A DNA stretch of 64,000 nt, from contig CAVSQB010000023.1 of NCBI GenBank assembly GCA_963729895.1, positions 7,594 to 71,593 on the forward strand, given 5' to 3'. The position numbers were made by a program, and so were the translations under genes. This stretch comes from an uncultured Fibrobacterota bacterium (GTDB taxonomy: Bacteria > Fibrobacterota > Chitinivibrionia > Chitinivibrionales > FEN-1185). The notes under the pieces are model-generated. The model was not told the origin of the DNA, did not search any database, and saw only the letters and a list, made by a program, of their open reading frames with translations. Below, one piece after another: positions 26,228 through 35,725 of this stretch (position 1 is the stretch's first letter; the number at the start of each line of letters is the position of its first letter).

Positions 26228-27694
26228 TTATTCCTTAGGATAGACGGCATCGAGTATGGCAATCGTGTCATTCTCCAGGTCCGCCATGAGACGGTCCTTG
26301 GCGGAACGAAGCAAGTCATGGATAAAAAGTACGGGAATGGCAATGGCCAGACCGGTTTTCGCCGTAATAAGAGCCTCGGATATTCCGCCTGCAAGAAACT
26401 TTGGGTCCCCGGTTCCATAGTGGGTGACCTCAGCGAACAGCGTGATCATGCCGCTTATGGTTCCCAAAAGTCCAAGAAGCGGAGCTGCGCCCGCGATGAC
26501 CGCCAGCGTATTGAGATTGCGGCGCAAGGGAGGGGTCTCTAGCGACAGAATTTCGTACACGGCTCGTTCACCTGTCTGCCTGCCTTGGCTTTGTCGTTCA
26601 AGGCCGGCTTGAACTATGCGGGCAATTACCCCCTTCTTGCATGATTGCGCCCAAGCCAAAGCGGCGGCATAGTCTTTCTCATTAAGGAACTTCATTGCGG
26701 TGGCATATTGGCGCTTGAGCAGACGACCGCGCCCTGCATATTGAAGGATTTTGCCGATCGTCAGGTAAAGCACCCAGAAGGGAAGCATGAGCAGGGGAAT
26801 CATTACCCAGCCGCCCTTGGCGAACGATTCGTACAACGCAAGCCACGTAGATTGGCTTTTTCCGGCAATCAGCAAGCGGGCCTGGTCATTCTGCATCACC
26901 TCCATGAGCACATTTCCGGAAATGCGGCCGGTCGAAAGCCATTTAGGGAACTGTTCTGTCAATTTTGCCGCAAGCTGGGGCGCCGCGATCTTTTCCACGG
27001 AATACCGTTCAGCGCCCAGCCTGCCTGTTTGGCGCAGATAAAAGCACGTTCCCGCGGCCGAGTCGATGCCGTAGCCGAACACGTTGCCGAAACGCGAAAT
27101 TGTCAGTTGTTTCGGCCCGCCTTCTTCGGGGAGGACCACCGCCCTGGTGAGCAGTATGGAATCGCCGCGGCCGTACCATGCCAGCCGGTAATTGACAAAG
27201 TCTCCAAAGGCCGCGGCGAGCGAATGATGTTCGTCTAGGGACGCCCGGATCTTTTCGAGCTCGGCGCGGCGGATCTCCTTGTCGAGCGGAAAGACCTCAA
27301 GGAGGCCGTCCGCTTCTTTCTGAAAAATGTCCTTGATCTGGTTTTGCAGGTATGTCCACTCATCCTTTTTCGCTTCGAGGTTTTTGACTTCATCCGCGAG
27401 CGACTGTTCGCGGCTGAGTTCTTCTTCCTTGATCCGCGCGAGTTCCGTCTCCATGCGGTCCTGCTGTTCGTGCAGCTTGTCGAACTCGTCCTTGTTCGCC
27501 TCTTTCATTTCCACGGCCTGCTGCTTGATCGAGTATTCCTTTGTAATGAGCTCCTGCAGGCTGTCGCGCGCCTTGTCGAGGGAGTTCTGGAGTTCCTTGC
27601 GTTCCGCTTCCTTCATCGCCTGGATCTTTTCGGCCTTGCCGGCAAAAGATACCGTGACCGTAAGGAAAAGAATTGCGAAAAGTATCTTTTTCAT
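26228..27694 (-). CDS. large MotA/TolQ/ExbB-family protein with N-terminal periplasmic coiled coil (TtpC-like)
   Basis: 488 aa: a signal peptide, about 130 aa of coiled coil, then an ExbB-like C-terminal domain (APLLGLLGTISGM). Confidence 0.75.
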   Translation of the reverse strand: MKKILFAILFLTVTVSFAGKAEKIQAMKEAERKELQNSLDKARDSLQELITKEYSIKQQAVEMKEANKDEFDKLHEQQDRMETELARIKEEELSREQSLADEVKNLEAKKDEWTYLQNQIKDIFQKEADGLLEVFPLDKEIRRAELEKIRASLDEHHSLAAAFGDFVNYRLAWYGRGDSILLTRAVVLPEEGGPKQLTISRFGNVFGYGIDSAAGTCFYLRQTGRLGAERYSVEKIAAPQLAAKLTEQFPKWLSTGRISGNVLMEVMQNDQARLLIAGKSQSTWLALYESFAKGGWVMIPLLMLPFWVLYLTIGKILQYAGRGRLLKRQYATAMKFLNEKDYAAALAWAQSCKKGVIARIVQAGLERQSQGRQTGERAVYEILSLETPPLRRNLNTLAVIAGAAPLLGLLGTISGMITLFAEVTHYGTGDPKFLAGGISEALITAKTGLAIAIPVLFIHDLLRSAKDRLMADLENDTIAILDAVYPKE

Positions 27695-28533
27695 TTTGCG
27701 CCCCCTTGTCCCGCGTCGACGCCAAGAGGGAGATTTACAAACGCCGGCAGTGATTTTCCTTCCCGGACGTTAACCGCCTGAAGGACCATCATGGCGGTGC
27801 CCGGCGAATTCAGGTTCTTCCAGTGAGGAGCGCCGTCGTTTCCCCATCCTGTGAAAACGGCGCATTTCTCCCCCTTGGTGTCAACTACCGCCTCGAATAT
27901 GGTCCCGATGCGAAGACGGTAAACCATGCCTGGTATGTCGGGCGTCGGCGAGCTTTCCTGCGAAACTTGGATGCCGGAGCTGGCTTCGTCGAGCTTGTTA
28001 AAGATCTGCACCAGCCGTGTACAGCCTTCGACAATGTCGACCGATTTGGTTGTCAGGTCATTGATGAGAAGGGAAAGGCCCGAAAGCGTGGGTGCCATGA
28101 TAAGCGGCGGAAGCCTCTTCACCGCCGGAGTAACGTTGTTGCAAAAGGAGATCAGTTTCTGGCGGAACTCGTCCTGCGACAGCTCGATCTCATGGCGTTG
28201 CGCAAGCACGCCGCTGATCCGGGCTGCGAGCGCCTCATCGGCTCGGGACTGGACGGTGGTCTCGGACTTCAAAGTATCAAGCTGACTCTGGGTCTGGGCC
28301 AGATGCTGGGAAGTGCGTGCACGGTACGCATCGAAGTCTTGTTTGTCCTTTTCCATTTCCTGGCCTACTCGCTCGGCGTCCACCTGCGATTGTATGAGTT
28401 CCTTTCGCAGCCGCGCGATTTCATCATCGATCGACGGGGGCGCGACCTGGGCCGCGACTGCAAAGGTGCAGAACGCCAATGCCGCCGAGAATTTCACCGA
28501 GCGAACCATCTTTTTCATGTGCTTAGTCTCCAT
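27691..28533 (-). CDS. DUF3450-type periplasmic coiled-coil protein (TtpB-like)
   Basis: A signal peptide followed by a long coiled coil. It overlaps the TtpC-like gene by 4 nt, in the same order as Vibrio TonB2 clusters. Confidence 0.6.
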   Translation of the reverse strand: METKHMKKMVRSVKFSAALAFCTFAVAAQVAPPSIDDEIARLRKELIQSQVDAERVGQEMEKDKQDFDAYRARTSQHLAQTQSQLDTLKSETTVQSRADEALAARISGVLAQRHEIELSQDEFRQKLISFCNNVTPAVKRLPPLIMAPTLSGLSLLINDLTTKSVDIVEGCTRLVQIFNKLDEASSGIQVSQESSPTPDIPGMVYRLRIGTIFEAVVDTKGEKCAVFTGWGNDGAPHWKNLNSPGTAMMVLQAVNVREGKSLPAFVNLPLGVDAGQGGAK

Positions 28534-28627
28534 TCAGAAAAATCTTTTTGCAATTCGCACGATTGCCGGAATTGGGATGAAGGGCCTGCGGTTTTTCGCG
28601 GGCAGGCCCTTCACCGCACATACAGAA

Positions 28628-30835
28628 TTATGTCTTCAAACGCAGTCCAACATACAATTGCCTTCCGCGCAACGGCCCCCAAATATGCGAGGTATTGAAA
28701 TTGCCTTGAGCATCCCAATAGTGAGGATCGTCGTGGGCTGACCCTGTCTGGGTGTAGTTGAGCAGATTCTCGGCTCCCGCGTACAGGTCCAGCGTCTTAA
28801 GCAGCTTCCAACTCGCTTTCATGTTGACAACGAAAAAACCGGGCGCCTGAGTGAGTTTGGGATCGCTTGCTACGCCGTTTTCAAAAACATTGTATTGATT
28901 GGCATAGCCGTATGGCGTCAGGTCTCGCGGCGCGGTCCAGGCCACGTCTCCGGAAAGTGAAGCAGGTCCATAGTTCATTTCGAGGCGTCCATTGACCTCG
29001 GTTTCCATGGCAGCCACCAGTTCGACCGCTTTGTATTGATCGGGAATCTGCTGGTGTTCGACGCCTATGCCCACCTTGAGCCATGTCCATGGAAGAAAGG
29101 AGGCTTCGGCATCAACATCCAAAAACGGAAGCTGGACACTATCATTTCGCAGGATTGGACGGGGCAAAGTCGAATCGTCGTCAACGTATTCCAGATTAGA
29201 GACCTCGGTGAAATAACTGCCGACGGTCAGGTTCCATTGCGACCTGTCGAAAGATAGCGAGCCCCCTACTCCTTCGGCACTCTCCAGCCTGCTGACGCCA
29301 ATGTCGAAGCCGTTATTCAACAGGCCGTGGTCCAGTTCAAAGAAAGTGAGGGGCGCGCGCCAACCCAAACCTGCGGACAAGCGGCCCGTGAGGCCTTCGA
29401 TAAACTCCCAACGCAGGCTCGCTCTCGGCGCGGCTATGAAATTTTCGATTTTTTCGCCGGGCTTATTGATCCAATTCACCTCGATATCATCCAAGCGCAG
29501 CGCCAGGGACAGGTCGCGCTGATGCCCGAAGTTCCACACGTCCTGCAAGTAACCGCCTCCGAAAGTTGCGTTATAGGAATCCGGAGTAATCCCAAGGACT
29601 TGGTAATAGTAGTGGGATTGCGACGCCATTTTCTCGATGTTGCCGTCAATGCCCAGTGTGAGGGTGTTAGCCCAGGCGGTTGCTTGCCAACGCAAGTCCC
29701 CTACAAAATTATTGTCAGAATTGTTGTAATCCGCGCCACCTTCATACTCGGACACCTGCGATTGGCTGGCCATGCCCGCCCGCAACTGCCATGTACCCAA
29801 GTACGGCGAATCCCAGGTGAGCGTCCCCGCACCTTCGTCGCGAGTTGTTTGGATCCATTCAATAATATCTATCGGATTGCCTATAAAGGCATTCTCTACA
29901 TTCCCTCCAACGTAGAGCGGAATTGAATCCGCCGGCCCCACAGCCGCGCCCATGTGATTTGATGTCATCGCAGCGCCGAAAACCTCCGAGTAGCTGTGCA
30001 CGTACCGCAGATTCCACGACCAGTTTTCGCCGATAAGACCGTTCAGTCTCAACAAGGCGCTTTCGTCGTTGAGAGACGGAGACTCCGAAACGCCATTGCC
30101 GTCGGCATCCCATTGTCCTTCATAAAAGTGGTGCGCGGCAACGAGAACGCCGAGTTTCCCGCTGTCTACCACGGCTGTTCCCGAGAACGAAAGATGATTC
30201 CAATCATTATTGCCTAGAGCGGCGTCGGCAGTGATGGAATTACGAATAGGGTCACGAAAACGGACATCCATTGCACCACCCATGGCGCCTGGAGCCAGGA
30301 GAGAAGCGCCAGGCCCGCGCGAGATATCAATGTCCGTGACTCCGGCGGTTGTGAGCGCGTCAACGCCGTAGAAACTCGTTACGGGAGTGTAAATCGGAAG
30401 GCCGTCGACAAGAACGGTTGTATGATTTGCGCCCAGGCCATTGATCTGGATTTGCTTGAAACCGCATGAACTGCATCCTGTCAAGACACAGACACCCGGT
30501 TCGGACGTCACCGCCTGAGTAAAATCATCCGCATTTTTGAGAAAAATTGCCTCGGGCGTAACAATGTTGGTCGGCTGGATTGCATTTGACAAAGCGCCCA
30601 GGCGGTCCAACCTGGCTTCGTTAAGCCTTTGGGTGGTGACGGTCATCGTGTCGAGCAAGTGTATTTTTTGCAAAGAGGAATCCGCCTTGGTTTGCGCCTG
30701 CGCAAAATATGCAAAAGTGAAAAGAACGGTCACCACGAACAAAAACGGTTTTCGCGCGGGATTATCTGAAATAACGATTTCCGAAAGCCAGCCTATGCGT
30801 AGTTGATATATTAATAATTCTAAATTGAATTTCAT
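28628..30835 (-). CDS. TonB-dependent outer-membrane receptor
   Basis: An N-terminal signal, a plug domain (MTVTTQR, NADDFTQAV, PGV) and a large beta-barrel. The start is taken at Met 30835. Confidence 0.85.
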   Translation of the reverse strand: MKFNLELLIYQLRIGWLSEIVISDNPARKPFLFVVTVLFTFAYFAQAQTKADSSLQKIHLLDTMTVTTQRLNEARLDRLGALSNAIQPTNIVTPEAIFLKNADDFTQAVTSEPGVCVLTGCSSCGFKQIQINGLGANHTTVLVDGLPIYTPVTSFYGVDALTTAGVTDIDISRGPGASLLAPGAMGGAMDVRFRDPIRNSITADAALGNNDWNHLSFSGTAVVDSGKLGVLVAAHHFYEGQWDADGNGVSESPSLNDESALLRLNGLIGENWSWNLRYVHSYSEVFGAAMTSNHMGAAVGPADSIPLYVGGNVENAFIGNPIDIIEWIQTTRDEGAGTLTWDSPYLGTWQLRAGMASQSQVSEYEGGADYNNSDNNFVGDLRWQATAWANTLTLGIDGNIEKMASQSHYYYQVLGITPDSYNATFGGGYLQDVWNFGHQRDLSLALRLDDIEVNWINKPGEKIENFIAAPRASLRWEFIEGLTGRLSAGLGWRAPLTFFELDHGLLNNGFDIGVSRLESAEGVGGSLSFDRSQWNLTVGSYFTEVSNLEYVDDDSTLPRPILRNDSVQLPFLDVDAEASFLPWTWLKVGIGVEHQQIPDQYKAVELVAAMETEVNGRLEMNYGPASLSGDVAWTAPRDLTPYGYANQYNVFENGVASDPKLTQAPGFFVVNMKASWKLLKTLDLYAGAENLLNYTQTGSAHDDPHYWDAQGNFNTSHIWGPLRGRQLYVGLRLKT

Positions 30836-31013
30836 ATGCCTCCCGAGTCGCAAAGTTAAACACATTGCTTTAAGGAATAAGCGCTGAAAGCCCGGGAGAG
30901 TTCGGCCTATTAAATTAGATGCTCAGTCTGAATAATACATGCTTTGTGCGTAGATAATTTAGACCTGGAGCGCCTTGTTTGCCTCCCTGGCCGGTCAGCA
31001 AAGGGGACGTGTT

Positions 31014-31328
31014 TTAAGAAACCGAGATCAAAGCGGGAGGTGCGCGGCTATCAAAAGAGGACAAAATGCGGGGAATGCAATAGTGTACTACGTGGCAAGG
31101 CAATTCTTCAATGGAGCCGGTGGCCGTTGGAAGAGAAAAAACCGCTTCAGCAACCGGGGTGTGGTTCTGCATGGTGCAGAAAACGCAATCATCATGATCC
31201 ACACCGTCGCTATGGTGGTGGGTAGGTAGGGCAATGCCCAAAAACAAGCAAATATATAGCGAAAAGAAAATCTTTAGAAAAAGATTTTCTTGTATACCTT
31301 GAATAAGGAAAATCGGTTTATTGCACAT
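31014..31328 (-). CDS. small exported His/Cys-rich protein (possibly DUF2946-like)
   Basis: A hydrophobic N-terminus is followed by THHHSDGVDHDDCVFC. It lies between the two receptor genes in a low-GC spacer. Weakly supported. Confidence 0.3.
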   Translation of the reverse strand: MCNKPIFLIQGIQENLFLKIFFSLYICLFLGIALPTHHHSDGVDHDDCVFCTMQNHTPVAEAVFSLPTATGSIEELPCHVVHYCIPRILSSFDSRAPPALISVS

Positions 31329-31469
31329 GATAACCAACTCAATATACGTATCGGCAAAGCGTTTATTGACGACCCTTTTCCGGTTCCCTCCGAATATTTC
31401 AAAGAACAAAAAAGCAACAACTCTACCATGCGGCGCCTGCTGACGTCGCTAAACCCCGACAGGTTTTTA

Positions 31470-33695
31470 TCAAAACCTTGTCGTCAGGCTCAACCGAAAG
31501 CTAAGCGGTTCGGACGGATGAATTTCAAAGTCGTTGACGCCCGCGGCAGGTTCTCCCTTCAGGCGGGTTGTATAGTAATATTCCATGTCGTTGACTTGTA
31601 CGTTAAAGATATTTAGTACGTCAAGGGTGAGCCGCACGTTGCGATTGAAATCGTACGCGACCTGGCCGTTAAAGAGGGTAGAGGGCGACGACCGCTCGCT
31701 GTTGTCCTGGGTAAGCGCCCTGGGGCCAACGTAGCGCATAAAAAGGCTTGCCGACCATGGCCCGAGCCTGTGGATGGAGGCGCCGGCCGACACAGCAGTC
31801 TCAATGGCCTCCGGCACATATTGTCCGTTGGTATCGGGGTTAATGAAACGAGCCTGAGAATACGCCATGTCAAGGTCAAAGAGCAGCCAGGGCAGCGGCT
31901 GCCAGCGTTCGCTCCACTCAACGCCAGTGCGGCGGGATGGCGCCGAGGCGTCGGTGGTTCCTTCGTCTGCGTCCCACACCAGCTCGGAGTTAAAATCCAG
32001 AAGCCACAGCGCAAGCGAGCTTTGCAGTCCGGGAACGGCGTCGTTGCGGCCGCCGATTTCAAACCCGCGTGACCGCACCAGAAGCGTCACTTTGTCAACC
32101 GAATCGCCCGACTTCTCATTTATGGTTGCGGTGGCGCCGCGAACGTCGTTTGAGTGATACCCGTCGCCGTAATCGGCATAGAACTCTGTTTTCGCCCACG
32201 GCCCTAAAACGGCCGTGACCTTTGGCAAAAGAATGCTCCCTTCCGCACTCCCGGAGTTTACCGTGTAGTCCGAACGCACATCGGCATTCAGGTATACCCC
32301 TCTCAGCCCGAGCATAACCTTCATCCAGGGCGTTAGCCTGCTGTCCAGCTCGGCCCAGGGTTCAATTTTTGTTTCGACAACGCTGTCCACACCCCAGGAT
32401 TTGAGAATCCGTCTGTCTACAGTGTGGTAAAGAGCCACCGGATCAATCAGGTCGCAACGCGCATCGAGACCTATCCTGGCCTTTTCCTGAAAGCCAAGCA
32501 ACGAGAATTCCCGTTGCCAATTGTCCGATGTTCCAAAAAACCACCTGTTGTCTTTCTGGTTCATCTGATCCCCGTTCACCGTGTCGTCCAGAAAGTAGGT
32601 GAAATTTGAGAAAAGATTCATGGCGTACTGCACAAGGTATGCGTTAGCCGAAAGCACGCCGCCCCCAAGCTGTCCTTTCCAGGAGGTTGACAGGCTGTAG
32701 CGGTGAGACGTGCCGCCGTCGCTGGAATCCTCGGTGCCCCAGATGCTGATCAGGCCCTCGGTAACGGCCCGCTGAGGTATATGGTTGGTGGCGTTCCACT
32801 CACCCGAATAATACATAGCTTCTACATCAAAAGTTCCCTCGCCGAGCTGTCGAGACCAGCGCAGCATTCCGTTGTACTTGTTATAATCCTGGGGAACAAC
32901 GAACGGCCCGTCCTGGTGCATGGCCTCAAGCCCGAGAAGAAGTTTTCCACCGGCAAGATCGGTGGATGCGGCGCCAAGGGAACGGTAGTAGCCGTAGGAA
33001 CCAACGGTTGCCGTTACAAAAGGGCGACCAAGCTGTTTGTCATAGAATATGTTGATGGCTCCCGCGGAAGAAAAATCGCCCTCTGCCGCGTTGTAAGTTC
33101 CCTTGAAATAGTCGGCATGGTCGATGAGTTCCGGGATAACGAAATTGAGATCGTCGTAGCCCTGACCGTGGCCCTGCGTAGGCAGGTTCACCGGCACGCC
33201 ATCGACCGTGGTCGCAAAGTCGGTCCCGTGGTCGAGATTGAAGCCGCGCAACAGAAACTGATTTGCCTTTCCTGCGCCGCTATGCTGCGTGACGATGAGA
33301 CCGGGAACCAGTTCTTCAACCTCACCGGGCCGCAGTATCGGACGATCCTCCAGGAGTTGACTGGAGTAGGTTCCGCTGCTGGCGGCGCTGGCGACCCCGA
33401 CCTTGTCCTGGTAATGTCCGATCACATTGATCGGTGTGAGCTCCGTTATTCCAGACTTCGTTTTCACGGGCTTGGTCGTCTGGGCGCTGGAATCGTTTAC
33501 CGCCTTGGCGGTGTCATTGGGAACCGCAACGGCCGAATCGCTTTCCACCGGAACCGGTATCTCATCCGGATGAGGAACCTCGGCCCGGCACACGCCTGCA
33601 AGAAACAGTCCCGCGAGCAAAAAATGATGAGCTTTCCCAAAAAGAAATCCTGCCGTATCACCGTATAACCGCGCTAAACCGGAACACTTTCTCAC
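31470..33695 (-). CDS. TonB-dependent outer-membrane receptor
   Basis: Plug and barrel domains, with a C-terminal ...LSLTTRF ending in the canonical terminal Phe. A GTG at 33695 is preceded by GGAGG and gives a plausible signal peptide; the ORF-track ATG is at 33764. Confidence 0.85.
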   Translation of the reverse strand: MRKCSGLARLYGDTAGFLFGKAHHFLLAGLFLAGVCRAEVPHPDEIPVPVESDSAVAVPNDTAKAVNDSSAQTTKPVKTKSGITELTPINVIGHYQDKVGVASAASSGTYSSQLLEDRPILRPGEVEELVPGLIVTQHSGAGKANQFLLRGFNLDHGTDFATTVDGVPVNLPTQGHGQGYDDLNFVIPELIDHADYFKGTYNAAEGDFSSAGAINIFYDKQLGRPFVTATVGSYGYYRSLGAASTDLAGGKLLLGLEAMHQDGPFVVPQDYNKYNGMLRWSRQLGEGTFDVEAMYYSGEWNATNHIPQRAVTEGLISIWGTEDSSDGGTSHRYSLSTSWKGQLGGGVLSANAYLVQYAMNLFSNFTYFLDDTVNGDQMNQKDNRWFFGTSDNWQREFSLLGFQEKARIGLDARCDLIDPVALYHTVDRRILKSWGVDSVVETKIEPWAELDSRLTPWMKVMLGLRGVYLNADVRSDYTVNSGSAEGSILLPKVTAVLGPWAKTEFYADYGDGYHSNDVRGATATINEKSGDSVDKVTLLVRSRGFEIGGRNDAVPGLQSSLALWLLDFNSELVWDADEGTTDASAPSRRTGVEWSERWQPLPWLLFDLDMAYSQARFINPDTNGQYVPEAIETAVSAGASIHRLGPWSASLFMRYVGPRALTQDNSERSSPSTLFNGQVAYDFNRNVRLTLDVLNIFNVQVNDMEYYYTTRLKGEPAAGVNDFEIHPSEPLSFRLSLTTRF

Positions 33696-33745
33696 AGTTT
33701 CCTCCCTCGGGGACCAACCGGAAATAATCGGCGCATGCCTCTTTG

Positions 33746-33806
33746 TGGTGGCATGAATATACATTTAGTGCTACAATTGGTGGCATAAAAATATTTTTCA
33801 TGCTAC
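33746..33806. promoter_or_regulatory. tandem 29-nt direct repeat in the divergent receptor/cbiM promoter region (candidate operator)
   Basis: R1 (33746-33774) is TGGTGGCATGAATATACATTTAGTGCTAC. R2 (33778-33806) is TGGTGGCATAAAAATATTTTTCATGCTAC. R2 contains the imperfect palindrome GCATAAAAATATTTTTCATGC. Confidence 0.4.
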
Positions 33807-33843
33807 TTCATCCATCCATTATTTTTGAGTAGGGGAGTCTTCT

Positions 33844-34533
33844 ATGCATATTCCCGACGGCTATCTCGGCCCCATCACCTGCGGCATCGGCTATGCCGCG
33901 ATGGCGCCGATCTGGGTCATCGCTTCGCGCCGCGTGAAAAAAACGCTTGCCGCGAAGCAGGTGCCACTGCTCGCCATCGGCGCTGCGTTCTCGTTTGTCA
34001 TCATGATGTTCAACGTCCCGATCCCGGGCGGCACCACCGGCCACGCCGTTGGTGCAGTGCTTGTCGCTATCCTGCTCGGCCCGTGGGCGGCATGTATTGC
34101 GGTAAGCGTGGCGCTTGTCATTCAGGCGCTGCTTTTCGGCGACGGCGGCATCACCGCCATCGGCGTGAACTGCTTTAACATGGCTTTTGTCCTTCCGGCA
34201 GCGGGGTTCCTGGTGTACAAATTGATAAGCGGCAGGAGCTCCGTCTCGTCTTTCCGGAGAGTTGTGGCGGCCGGTGCCGCAGGATATTGTGGTCTTGTGA
34301 TCGCGTCTTTGTGCGCAGGCGTTGAACTGGGCCTTCAACCGTTGCTGCACCACACGGCGTCGGGCCAGGCCCTGTATTGCCCCTACGGAATACGGGTTGC
34401 AGTCGCCTCCATGGTCGGCGGACACGCGCTCGTGTTTGGGTGGGTGGAATGCATGGTGACGGCGCTTGTTGTCAAGTTCCTTCAGATTCAGGAGCCGTCG
34501 CTGCTTGGAACGGACAAGAAAGCTGCACCATGA
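33844..34533 (+). CDS. cbiM: ECF-type Ni/Co transporter substrate component CbiM/NikM
   Basis: Starts MHIPDGYL, the metal-ligating N-terminus characteristic of CbiM/NikM. It has 6-7 TM segments. Confidence 0.85.
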   Translation: MHIPDGYLGPITCGIGYAAMAPIWVIASRRVKKTLAAKQVPLLAIGAAFSFVIMMFNVPIPGGTTGHAVGAVLVAILLGPWAACIAVSVALVIQALLFGDGGITAIGVNCFNMAFVLPAAGFLVYKLISGRSSVSSFRRVVAAGAAGYCGLVIASLCAGVELGLQPLLHHTASGQALYCPYGIRVAVASMVGGHALVFGWVECMVTALVVKFLQIQEPSLLGTDKKAAP

Positions 34534-34868
34534 AGACCGCCGCAAAGCTGTGGGTCGGTCTCGGCGTTCTTGCCGTACTGTCACCCTTGGGCCTGTACCT
34601 GCCGCAGAAATTCAAGGCGGGATCCGCTTGGGGCGAGTGGAGCGCTGAGGAAATGCACGGCCTTGTGGGGTATATTCCCAAAGGGCTCAAGAAACTGTCG
34701 TCTTTATGGAGCGCTCCCTTGCCCGATTATGCATTCAAAGGATGGCGGAACCTCTCGCTCGGGCATCTGAGTCTGGCGTATGTCGTTTCCGCCGTGCTTG
34801 GCATTGCGCTGTGCGTGGGACTCGCTTTCTTGCTCGGCAACATCCTTTCCAAAAAGGAATCGCACTGA
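34530..34868 (+). CDS. CbiN/NikN-like small membrane component (PDGLE-type)
   Basis: 112 aa with two terminal TM helices. Its ATG overlaps the cbiM stop (ATGA) and its stop overlaps the cbiQ start. Confidence 0.6.
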   Translation: MKTAAKLWVGLGVLAVLSPLGLYLPQKFKAGSAWGEWSAEEMHGLVGYIPKGLKKLSSLWSAPLPDYAFKGWRNLSLGHLSLAYVVSAVLGIALCVGLAFLLGNILSKKESH

Positions 34869-35725
34869 TGCCGAACCAGAGGCTCGCACGAGGCGGCGGC
34901 TTTGTGGAGCGCACCATACTCGGTACGGTTTCTCTTCTTAAGGAGACCGTTTCGGTGGAACGCATTGCGGTGCGCAAAGGATTTCTGCAGCGCCGGGATG
35001 CCCGGTTCAAATGCCTGGCCGCGGCACTGCTTCTGTGCGCCGTGTTGATTACCAGGAGCATCGCTGAATTGTCCGTACTGTACGCGGCAATTATCTGCGT
35101 TGCTCTCGTCTCGTCAATCGGCCTGCTGTACTTTCTCGAACGCACGATGCTTTTCATCCCGATTTTTTCCCTGTTCATCGTCGTACCCGCGATTTTCAGC
35201 GCCGTTACTCCCGGCGAGCCGCTGGTATCTTTCAAGCTGTTTGCATGGGACCTGTCGATTACGCGGCAGGGAGTGGATTCTGCGATTATTTTCTTCATGC
35301 GCGTGCTCGACTCGGTGTCCGTTGCCGTCCTGCTTGTACTTACGACGCGGCAACACGTGCTGCTCAGAACCCTCCGGGTTTTTCGCGTGCCGCAGCTGTT
35401 TGTCATGACGATGGGCATGAGCTACCGGTACATTTTTCTCCTGCTTGACGTAATCCAAAAGACGTTTATCGCTATAAAGAGTCGCGTGGGATACGTCTCG
35501 TCAACCAAGCAGGGCCGCAGCCTCGTCGCCTCGCACGTGGCCGGGCTGTGGCTCCGCTCCTATCGCCTGCATTCACAGGTGTACGATGCCATGCTCGCGC
35601 GCGGGTATTCGGGCGAGGCATACATGCTCGACGAATTCGGCGCCCGGGCGCCCGACATTGTCCTTCTTCTTACCGCGCTTTGTGCGCTGATCGGAACTCT
35701 ATGGCTCAACCTGTCTTTTCACTGA
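34868..35725 (+). CDS. cbiQ: ECF transporter transmembrane (T) component CbiQ
   Basis: A multi-TM protein with the CbiQ-type ARG/AR motif region (AMLARGY). It is translationally coupled on both sides. Confidence 0.75.
   Translation: MPNQRLARGGGFVERTILGTVSLLKETVSVERIAVRKGFLQRRDARFKCLAAALLLCAVLITRSIAELSVLYAAIICVALVSSIGLLYFLERTMLFIPIFSLFIVVPAIFSAVTPGEPLVSFKLFAWDLSITRQGVDSAIIFFMRVLDSVSVAVLLVLTTRQHVLLRTLRVFRVPQLFVMTMGMSYRYIFLLLDVIQKTFIAIKSRVGYVSSTKQGRSLVASHVAGLWLRSYRLHSQVYDAMLARGYSGEAYMLDEFGARAPDIVLLLTALCALIGTLWLNLSFH

Noticed and set aside
32703-33668. 321-aa plus-strand ORF (and 29327-29926 and 38710-39783 likewise)
   Set aside because: They are antisense to TonB-dependent receptor, kinase and regulator genes that have clear family motifs.
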